IMG/VR virus record: IMGVR_UViG_3300029998_000015
Direction: 5' to 3' (one strand)
DNA length: 20,000 nt
From: an uncultured virus (IMG/VR IMGVR_UViG_3300029998_000015)
Lineage: Duplodnaviria > Heunggongvirae > Uroviricota > Caudoviricetes
Position 1 is the first letter of the stretch, and each line of letters starts with the position of its first letter. Position numbers and translations under genes: made by a program. Below, in pieces: positions 8,968-16,657 of this stretch. The notes beneath the pieces are model-generated. The model searched no databases. It saw only the letters and a list, made by a program, of their open reading frames with translations, and had not been told where the DNA came from.

Positions 8968-10404
8968 ATGAAAACATTAAAAAATTATGATCATTTTTCT
9001 AAAGAATATAGAGAAAATGAAAGTGTAAAAATAAATGAAAATGTATTTTCTGATATTTTAAACAAGGTTGTTGGATTCTTCAAACAACATTTTGGGAAAC
9101 ATGCTTGGGTATATTATGCTTTGTATTTACAGAAAAAGGGAAAATTACCAAGAGGCATAGAATTTATATGTCCAACAGCGTATGCGAGTACATCAGATTT
9201 ACCTTCTGATAAAGAAATTGAAGAGTCAGGAGTAGAAACAGAATTAGAAACAGTAGAAGATGAGAAAACAGAAGAAATTCCTGGACTTAAAGGATCTGAT
9301 GAAACTCCTGGAAATAATGATGAAGAGGAAAAAGTAGTTAATGATGAAATTGAAGAATTGGAAAAAGTCAAAGAAAGCTTAAAAAATTTATATTTAAATG
9401 AAGGAGTTCTTGATGATAATGAAGATTTTGTTGGATTAGATCATCCAGATCCAACTGTACGTAATGAAGATGTTGCTGAATTAAAACATGAAGTAATTAA
9501 ACTTTATAATATGAATTCACTTAGGGCAGGAAGACATCAAGCAGAAGGTGATAAAGGAACAGAATATGTAAGAAGAAAGACTAATGCAATATTTATTTGG
9601 GGTGCTCCTGGAATTGGTAAAACTGAAATTTTGCATCAAGTTGCGAGAGAACTAGAAATTGCGGTAATTGAATGGCATCTATCACAAATTGAACCAACTG
9701 ACTTTAGAGGTATTCCTAGAATTGAAAATGTAATGGGAACTGATGATCCAAAAGATGAAAGAACAGTTTGGAAGTTACCAACAATATTTCCTACAAGTGA
9801 TGGAAAAAATGGAAAAGGTGGTATTATGTTTTTTGACGAAATGAATAGAGCACCACAAATGGTTCTTGATGCTTCATTGTCATTAGCATTAAGTGGTAAA
9901 CATGGTAGTTATGAATTACCTCCACATTGGATAGTTATTGCAGCAGGTAATAGAGGTTCTGATTTGAGTTCAGGTGATTTAACAGAAGATAAAATTTTAT
10001 GGAATAGATTTCAACATATCAATTTTTCTCCAAAACCTTCAGATTGGATTGGATATGCAAAAAACATAAAATCAATTAATCCTAAACTTATACAATTTAT
10101 TAAAGAAAATCCAGAATATTATCACAGATTAAAAACTGTTGATCAAGCTCCTAATTGGACATCACCAAGAACTTGGGAAATGGCATCAGAAGAAGATTAT
10201 TTTGAAAGAGGATTTGATTGGAAAAATAGATTATCATATGAAGAAGTAAAAGATATATATGAAGATTTTGTTGGATACGCTAGTGCAGTTGCATTTGTAA
10301 ATTTTCTTAAAAAATTAGATGAAAAAGAACGTGAGGAAGAAAGAAAGAAAAATCCAGAAGGTAAATCAAAAAGAGGAGATGCTCGTGAAAACGATATGTT
10401 ATAA
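8968..10404 (+). CDS. MoxR/AAA_5-like AAA+ ATPase, paralog 1
   Basis: Walker A GAPGIGKT, Walker B MFFDEMNRA, sensor I AAGN, arginine finger NRF, SPRTW sensor II. Confidence 0.9.
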   Translation: MKTLKNYDHFSKEYRENESVKINENVFSDILNKVVGFFKQHFGKHAWVYYALYLQKKGKLPRGIEFICPTAYASTSDLPSDKEIEESGVETELETVEDEKTEEIPGLKGSDETPGNNDEEEKVVNDEIEELEKVKESLKNLYLNEGVLDDNEDFVGLDHPDPTVRNEDVAELKHEVIKLYNMNSLRAGRHQAEGDKGTEYVRRKTNAIFIWGAPGIGKTEILHQVARELEIAVIEWHLSQIEPTDFRGIPRIENVMGTDDPKDERTVWKLPTIFPTSDGKNGKGGIMFFDEMNRAPQMVLDASLSLALSGKHGSYELPPHWIVIAAGNRGSDLSSGDLTEDKILWNRFQHINFSPKPSDWIGYAKNIKSINPKLIQFIKENPEYYHRLKTVDQAPNWTSPRTWEMASEEDYFERGFDWKNRLSYEEVKDIYEDFVGYASAVAFVNFLKKLDEKEREEERKKNPEGKSKRGDARENDML

Positions 10405-10424
10405 AAAAATAAAAATATAATAAA

Positions 10425-11960
10425 ATGATAAAGAAATACGATAGTTATTCTGAAGAATATAAATTAAATGAGAATATATTAACAAATGCGTGGAACAAGT
10501 TAAATAGTTATTTCAAATCCAAATTTGGTAAAAATGCATGGTTGTATTATTCAAAATATTTAAAAGATAAAGGTGAAATTCCAACCTATGTAGATGAGGA
10601 TGGAAAAACTAGAGATGTTGTTGAAATAATTATTCCTGACAATTATCTTAATAATTTAAAAGGTGATAAATCTCCAACAGCAGAAGAAATTGAATCTGAA
10701 ATACGTTCAAGATTCAATGATAAAGGTGAAAAAATTGAAAAAGGAAATAGTGTAGATGAAGCAATGGTAACTTTGAATTATCCAAGTGGTGATGAAGAAG
10801 TGATGAGAAATGTTAATGTAGAGAAGCTTAGAGAAAGGGTTAAAAGAGTTTATAATATGAATTTACATAGAGCAGGAAAACATGAGCAAGAGAATTATGA
10901 TAAAGGATCAGAATTTGCTAGAAAAAAAACTCATGCATTGTTTATTTGGGGTGCTCCTGGAATTGGTAAAACTGAGATTTTACATCAAGTTGCTAAAGAT
11001 TTAGATATTGTTGTTCAAGAATGGCATTTATCACAAATTGAGCCTACTGACTTTAGAGGTGTTCCTAAAATAGAAAATGATAAAACAGTATCTAAATTAC
11101 CTGCTATATTTCCTACAAGTGATGGAAATGGAAAAGGTGGTATAATGTTTTTTGATGAAATGAATAGAGCACCACAAATGGTTCTTAGTGCATCATTGGC
11201 ATTGGCATTGAGTGGTAGTCATGGTGATTATGATTTACCTCCAAGGTGGATTATTATTGCAGCAGGTAATAGAAAAGATGATATCGATACTACTGATTTG
11301 ACTGATGATCCAATTTTATGGAATCGTTTTGCTCATGTTAATTATTCTCCATCTGTTGATGATTGGGTTAAATATGCATTATCAAGAAAAGATATAAATC
11401 CGTTTCTTATTTCATATTTACAATATCATCCTAATTACTTTCATAGATTGGATAAGGAATCTAAAAGTCCAGGTTGGGCATCTCCAAGAACATGGGAAAT
11501 GGCATCACAAGATGAATTTAATGAAAGAAGTGAAGATTGGGCTAATAAATTATCATATCCAGAAATTCAAAATATTTATACTAAATATGTAGGATTAGAA
11601 GCAGCTATGGATTTTGTTAATTATATGAAATTACAGGAATTCTTCAGTGAAAAAGATATTCAAGATATATATGATGGTAATGAAAGATCTAAAAATGTTA
11701 AATGGCCAACTAGACAAGATCAAATTAGAGCTTGCTCTATTGCAATTGCCACATTTAAACAAGGTAAACATATTTCAAAAGAAGAAGTTAAAAATGTATA
11801 TGAATTTGCTACAAGAGGAAAAGAAAATGAAGCAATTGTTGCAATAGCATCTTATTTTGTAAAAGCTCATCCATATATTAAAACTGAATATCAAGACGTG
11901 TGGTTAGATTTTGCTAAAAGATGGCATGTAGTACTACAAAAAACTATGGCAGGAGAATAA
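10425..11960 (+). CDS. MoxR/AAA_5-like AAA+ ATPase, paralog 2, with C-terminal helical extension
   Basis: Same motifs: GAPGIGKT, FFDEMNRA, AAGN, NRF, SPRTW. Confidence 0.9.
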   Translation: MIKKYDSYSEEYKLNENILTNAWNKLNSYFKSKFGKNAWLYYSKYLKDKGEIPTYVDEDGKTRDVVEIIIPDNYLNNLKGDKSPTAEEIESEIRSRFNDKGEKIEKGNSVDEAMVTLNYPSGDEEVMRNVNVEKLRERVKRVYNMNLHRAGKHEQENYDKGSEFARKKTHALFIWGAPGIGKTEILHQVAKDLDIVVQEWHLSQIEPTDFRGVPKIENDKTVSKLPAIFPTSDGNGKGGIMFFDEMNRAPQMVLSASLALALSGSHGDYDLPPRWIIIAAGNRKDDIDTTDLTDDPILWNRFAHVNYSPSVDDWVKYALSRKDINPFLISYLQYHPNYFHRLDKESKSPGWASPRTWEMASQDEFNERSEDWANKLSYPEIQNIYTKYVGLEAAMDFVNYMKLQEFFSEKDIQDIYDGNERSKNVKWPTRQDQIRACSIAIATFKQGKHISKEEVKNVYEFATRGKENEAIVAIASYFVKAHPYIKTEYQDVWLDFAKRWHVVLQKTMAGE

Positions 11961-11981
11961 TTAAAAAAATAAAATTTTAAA

Positions 11982-13490
11982 ATGATAAAAAAATTCAATG
12001 CATTTAATTTTTTGAGTATAAATGAAGATTTTACTGATCCAAAATTAAATAAATTAGCTAAAGGTAAAGTCAGAGCAGCATTAACATCTGTGATGGCTTA
12101 CTATAATTTCTTTGCAGATTTGTTTTTTCAATTGAATATTGCGGAAGCTGCACCTGGAAGTGGAATAGACACTATGGCAACTGATGGTAAAAATATTTTA
12201 TATAATACGAATTTTGTTAATAATGTATTAAAAAATACTGAAGAAGTAGCATTTGTGTTGATACACGAAGTTATGCACAATGCGAATCTTCACTTTATAA
12301 GACAAGGGGATAGAAATCATGATTTGTGGAATCAAGCTGCTGATTATGCTATTAATCTTCAAATATCTGATATGAGTAAAGAAACACCAGATAATGCAAC
12401 CAGTAAGCCTGATATATTGAGAGTACCATCTAATATTTTATTGGATGAAAAATATCGTGATATGAGTGCTGAACAAATTTATGTAGTTCTTGAAAAAGAA
12501 GAAAATGCAAAACCAAAAAAACCAGGAAAACCTGGACAGGGACAACCTGGACAGGGACAGCCTGGACAAGGACAGCCTGGACAAGGACAGCCTGGACAAG
12601 GACAACCTGGACAAGGACAACCTGGACAAGGACAGCCTGGACAAGGACAACCAGACAATTCAGTTCCAGGAGTAGGAGATTTAAGAGCGCCAGGTAGTTT
12701 AGATGACAAAAAAGGTGCAACGTTATTTGAAGGTAGTGATGAACTTTCAGATATTAAAGATCCAGGGGATTTGGCTAAAAAGTGGGGACAAATATTAAAT
12801 AATGCAAAAAGTAATAATCAAGGAACTGGATCACAATCATTAAATAGATGGTTTAATAAAATTGGAAAACCAAAAGTTAATTGGAGATCAGCATTGGTTA
12901 AATTTATGAATAAATGTTTTTCAAGTAATCCTAAATATGGTTATTTTAATAAAAGATTTATTGGACAAGATGACCCATTGTATTTACCAGGATTAAAATA
13001 TCCTAAAGATAGTGGATTTAGAACTGTCGTATTATGTATTGATACATCAGGTTCTATTGGTGATGAGACACTTGGTAGATTTGCAACTGAAATTTATGGT
13101 ATTTTCGGTACAAAGAAAATAGAAGAAGCTATAATTATTTGGTGTGATGACGCAGTGGCAGGAATTGAAAGGATTAATCTTAAAACAAAGAGTGGTGATT
13201 CAATGAATGAAAGTAAATTTAAAGAAATTCTTGGTAAACACTTTAAAGCAAAAGGTGGTGGTGGTACAAGTTTTATCCCACCGTTTCAATGGATAGAGAA
13301 AAATTTAATATCTAAAGGAACTGTTCCATCATTTGTTATATATTTTACTGATGCTATGGGTACTGCTCCAGACAAATTTAAATTTAGTATTCCTAAGTAT
13401 TTTGATAAAATATTATGGGTGATTACTGATACTCAAGAAGCACCACATATAAAATGGCCTCCTGATAATAAATTATTTATTGATAAATAA
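11982..13490 (+). CDS. DUF2201-like protein: N-terminal HExxH metallopeptidase, low-complexity linker, C-terminal VWA domain
   Basis: TMATDG, LIHEVMHNANLH, WNQAADYAIN, MIDAS DTSGS, GGGGTSF, YFTD; the usual neighbour of this ATPase class. Confidence 0.9.
   Translation: MIKKFNAFNFLSINEDFTDPKLNKLAKGKVRAALTSVMAYYNFFADLFFQLNIAEAAPGSGIDTMATDGKNILYNTNFVNNVLKNTEEVAFVLIHEVMHNANLHFIRQGDRNHDLWNQAADYAINLQISDMSKETPDNATSKPDILRVPSNILLDEKYRDMSAEQIYVVLEKEENAKPKKPGKPGQGQPGQGQPGQGQPGQGQPGQGQPGQGQPGQGQPGQGQPDNSVPGVGDLRAPGSLDDKKGATLFEGSDELSDIKDPGDLAKKWGQILNNAKSNNQGTGSQSLNRWFNKIGKPKVNWRSALVKFMNKCFSSNPKYGYFNKRFIGQDDPLYLPGLKYPKDSGFRTVVLCIDTSGSIGDETLGRFATEIYGIFGTKKIEEAIIIWCDDAVAGIERINLKTKSGDSMNESKFKEILGKHFKAKGGGGTSFIPPFQWIEKNLISKGTVPSFVIYFTDAMGTAPDKFKFSIPKYFDKILWVITDTQEAPHIKWPPDNKLFIDK
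12531..12650 (+). repeat. Eight tandem 15-bp units encoding (PGQGQ)8
   Basis: cctggaca[ag]ggaca[ag] x8; varies only at Gln third positions. Confidence 0.95.
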
Positions 13491-13520
13491 AAAAAAATCC
13501 TGAGAAATCAGGATTTTTTT
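13491..13520. terminator. Bidirectional intrinsic terminator
   Basis: AAAAAAATCCTGA-GAAA-TCAGGATTTTTTT between convergent genes. Confidence 0.85.
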
Positions 13521-14049
13521 ATATGTTAAATTTAGATGAATTGTCTTTAATTTCTTTATCAGTAATATATTTATTATATTCATTTGGTAATTCATATTGT
13601 ATCATTTTATATAATTCCTTTCTAAATTTATCTGATATTCTATCATTATCATCTATTACATCAAATATATTTTCATTTCTACCATATTCATAAAATAAAT
13701 TTGCTCCTGATTTTATGCATATTCTTGATGATTCTAATAAATTTAGTTTATCTGTTTTTTTATTATACCAATTTATACTATTATATAAAAATGATGTTAT
13801 TATATCAACAGTTAGTCCAAATTCAATGAATAAATTTAATATATTTATATTTATGTTTTCTATCTTATTTATAAGATTCATTACTATTGGTTCTCTTCCT
13901 TGCTTTGTGTTTGGATCGAATTCTTTAATAAATAATTTTTTTATCTTATCTGAATCATTATTGTTAATATATTCTAGCATTAAAAATAATTGATCATCAT
14001 CATCTAAAAACATCTCTATGTATGTTTCATATTGTTTTAAATATTTCAT
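13519..14049 (-). CDS. Degenerate ankyrin-repeat-like protein, dual-tagged (MKYLKQYE...SSKFNI)
   Basis: IKKLFIKEFDPN, LFIEFGL and CIKSGANL repeats; GRNENIFD matches EGENFYD of the neighbouring gene. Confidence 0.65.
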   Translation of the reverse strand: MKYLKQYETYIEMFLDDDDQLFLMLEYINNNDSDKIKKLFIKEFDPNTKQGREPIVMNLINKIENININILNLFIEFGLTVDIITSFLYNSINWYNKKTDKLNLLESSRICIKSGANLFYEYGRNENIFDVIDDNDRISDKFRKELYKMIQYELPNEYNKYITDKEIKDNSSKFNI

Positions 14050-14053
14050 ATGA

Positions 14054-14090
14054 TTATATATAATTTTATATTTATGAAAATTATATATAG
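14054..14090. promoter_or_regulatory. Back-to-back AAAATTATATATA motifs between divergent genes
   Basis: Minus-strand copy 14054-14067 and plus-strand copy 14077-14090. Confidence 0.45.
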
Positions 14091-14115
14091 TTATAATAAA
14101 AATTTAAAATTTAAA

Positions 14116-14700
14116 ATGAAATATTTAAGATTATTTGAAAGATTGGTAAAAGAACCACCATTTATATCATCAGCAAGAAAAGGAAGTACTAATGCAGTAA
14201 AACAAGCATTAAAAGATGGTGAAGATGTTAATATGAAAGATTCAGATGAAAAAACAGCATTGATGCACGCTGTAAAATTTCCATTTGTTGTTGATGCATT
14301 GATTGAAGGTAAAGCAGATGTTAATGAGAAAGATAGAAATGGTATTACTGCATTGATGATGGCTTCTACCCCAACAGTTATAAATAAATTATTAAATGCT
14401 AAAGCAGATGTAAATATGCAAGATATAAATGGTGAAACTGCAATAATGAGATATTTGTCTTGCTTTTATGATTCTGGTACATTTATTTCAATATTAGAAA
14501 AATTTTTAAAATCTGGATTAAATCTTGATATTAAGAATAATGAAGGTGAGAATTTTTATGATTTAATGATGGGATTTAAGGAATATAATAGTCATAAACA
14601 AGATTATATAAATGATATTGAAATATACATAAACAATAAATTTCCAAAATATAAAAAAGATTTTGATTTAAAAACTGATATAAATAAATTCAATGTTTAA
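14116..14700 (+). CDS. Ankyrin-repeat protein, dual-tagged (MKYLRLFE...DINKFNV)
   Basis: GEDVNMKDSDEKTALMHA, ADVNEKDRNGITALMMA, ADVNMQDINGETAIM; start moved to 14116 to match the family leader and avoid the promoter region. Confidence 0.9.
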   Translation: MKYLRLFERLVKEPPFISSARKGSTNAVKQALKDGEDVNMKDSDEKTALMHAVKFPFVVDALIEGKADVNEKDRNGITALMMASTPTVINKLLNAKADVNMQDINGETAIMRYLSCFYDSGTFISILEKFLKSGLNLDIKNNEGENFYDLMMGFKEYNSHKQDYINDIEIYINNKFPKYKKDFDLKTDINKFNV

Positions 14701-14709
14701 TTATTAAAT

Positions 14710-14734
14710 AAAGCCTGTAAAAAATACAGGTTTT
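14710..14734. terminator. Bidirectional intrinsic terminator
   Basis: AAAGCCTGTA-n5-TACAGGTTTT between convergent genes. Confidence 0.7.
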
Positions 14735-14978
14735 ATTCGTTTATAATAATCATATTAGTTTGAGAAATAGGTAATCTAGCAACAGGAACAACTGAATATC
14801 TACCACTTGTTGCAGTGTTTATTTCCTTTTTTTGCATAAATTCATAATAACCTTCTCTTACAGAAACTGTACTAATATCAATAAAAGAATATTCTGATAT
14901 TATAAGTTCTTTATCAATTGATAATCCGTTATATAAAGTTGTTGTTTTTTCCGATGTATTGAATATTAATGTTTGCAT
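14733..14978 (-). CDS. Hypothetical beta-rich protein, untagged
   Basis: 81-aa ORF with an A-rich leader and a terminator at its end. Confidence 0.7.
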   Translation of the reverse strand: MQTLIFNTSEKTTTLYNGLSIDKELIISEYSFIDISTVSVREGYYEFMQKKEINTATSGRYSVVPVARLPISQTNMIIINE

Positions 14979-15058
14979 TTTTTATTTTTTATATAAAAAT
15001 AAAAAATAAAAGTTTTGTAATTATTTTTTTTTATATATATTGAAAATTCATCATATAA

Positions 15059-15400
15059 ATGAAATATATTAAAAAATTTGAAATTAACATTGAAGATTCA
15101 ATAAAAAAAATTCATGAAGATATGGCTAGAAAGATATTAGATTATAAAAAATATTATGATAAGTATGTTATATTTGAATATCAGAAGGATTTTTATCTTG
15201 CTAAATTTATTTTAATTGATGTGTTTGATCGTGTTGTTCTTGAAATTTATGAATATGATTTCACTAATTTTATTTTTAGCACAAAAAGGACTGATATATT
15301 AACAATTAATGAAATTAATGTGGTATCATCATATGATAGATTAGAAAATGCTAAAAATTCGTATGTATTATTATTAGACACAAAAAAATTCAATGTATGA
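15059..15400 (+). CDS. Hypothetical protein, dual-tagged (MKYIKKFE...DTKKFNV)
   Basis: ORF preceded by TTATATATA; shared terminal motifs. Confidence 0.8.
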   Translation: MKYIKKFEINIEDSIKKIHEDMARKILDYKKYYDKYVIFEYQKDFYLAKFILIDVFDRVVLEIYEYDFTNFIFSTKRTDILTINEINVVSSYDRLENAKNSYVLLLDTKKFNV

Positions 15401-15732
15401 TAACTATATTTGAAAAATATAATACACCAGATTTAAGAAGAGTTGATGATATTTTGATGTGCATAAAAAATTATAAAGGTAAAGTTATAAATTTTGAAAA
15501 AGACAAAAGTTATAAAGTTTGCGGTTTTTATGGTAGTCCACAAGATGCAATAGAAAAATATAATATTTTAGATTATTTACCAATTGAATGCATTGATAAA
15601 GTCGTTATGTTTGATGATAAAAAAAATAAAATAGAGTTTAATGTGAATAGTTATTATAATCACTTACCAGATTTTTTAGATTATTTTTATGTTCCAGAAT
15701 TTACAAATGATACACACAAATATAATATATAA
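15397..15732 (+). CDS. Hypothetical protein, dual-tagged (MITIFE...DTHKYNI)
   Basis: 4-bp ATGA overlap with the upstream gene; shared terminal motifs. Confidence 0.8.
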   Translation: MITIFEKYNTPDLRRVDDILMCIKNYKGKVINFEKDKSYKVCGFYGSPQDAIEKYNILDYLPIECIDKVVMFDDKKNKIEFNVNSYYNHLPDFLDYFYVPEFTNDTHKYNI

Positions 15733-15735
15733 TTA

Positions 15736-16554
15736 ATGAGAAAAATATTTGAATTTAAAGTTTTTGATATACTACAAGACAAAGAAAATGTTAAGTTTTT
15801 AGATAAAGTAAAAAAAGAAAATTTTGAATTATATACAAAATTTTTAAATTTAATTGGTAATAAAGGACTTGATGTAGCTAAGCAAAAATATGAAGAATTT
15901 GATCCTGAATACAAAAAAAGGATGAATGAAATAGAGAAAGAAATAAATAAAAATCTTAAAAAAATAGATAATAAGAAATATAAAGAAAAAGAGAATGAAA
16001 GAATATTAAATGAATATAAATCTGAAATTGAAGAAATTGAAGAAATTATTTATTCATCTGAATTATATAATGTTGATTCTTATATTTATAATGATAAAAA
16101 TATATCAAAATACTTTAATGATTCTAATATAAAAACTAAGAATTCTAATGATTTTGATAAGTTGTTAAAATCTCCAAGTAATTTAGGCTATGAATTATGG
16201 GAATTTTTTCACACTGATACTATATTATATGAACTAAATAAAATAAATATTTATAATAAAAATACTTGGATATTGAAAATTCATCAGTATTACAATTTAA
16301 GTACAAAAGAATTAAAATATTCAATACATTTTGATACTGATATAATTGATGAGTATTATACACCAAATATAGATAAATCTAAAAATCCAAAATTTATAAA
16401 TTATAGAAATTCAAATATCAATAAACTAAGTAAATACACTAGAATTGATATTGATATGGTTTATGAAACACTAGGTAAATATTCAAATATGCTAAGTGAT
16501 AAATATTATAATGATTGGAAAGTTATAAATGATACTAGCAAATATAATATATAA
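15736..16554 (+). CDS. Hypothetical protein with charged coiled-coil region, dual-tagged (MRKIFE...DTSKYNI)
   Basis: 272-aa ORF; K/E-rich helical segment; shared terminal motifs. Confidence 0.8.
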   Translation: MRKIFEFKVFDILQDKENVKFLDKVKKENFELYTKFLNLIGNKGLDVAKQKYEEFDPEYKKRMNEIEKEINKNLKKIDNKKYKEKENERILNEYKSEIEEIEEIIYSSELYNVDSYIYNDKNISKYFNDSNIKTKNSNDFDKLLKSPSNLGYELWEFFHTDTILYELNKINIYNKNTWILKIHQYYNLSTKELKYSIHFDTDIIDEYYTPNIDKSKNPKFINYRNSNINKLSKYTRIDIDMVYETLGKYSNMLSDKYYNDWKVINDTSKYNI

Positions 16555-16657
16555 AGAGATTTAAGAGACTTAACAATTAAAATGACTAACTCATTATGAA
16601 TTATAATTAAATTGAATGGTCATCATTAAAAATAGTAAATAAAATAAAGAAAAGAGT

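Noticed and set aside
9114..9371. Ser-rich minus-strand ORF
   Set aside because: Antisense to the Glu-rich linker of ATPase paralog 1
12531..12650. Possible CRISPR array
   Set aside because: Contiguous tandem units with no spacers, and coding
12430..12720. Alternative-frame ORFs with PGCPC, SLSRL, VLVQA and DSLDK repeats, one resembling a metallothionein
   Set aside because: Shadows of the 15-bp repeat; unit variation is synonymous in the PGQGQ frame, which lies inside a clear 502-aa gene
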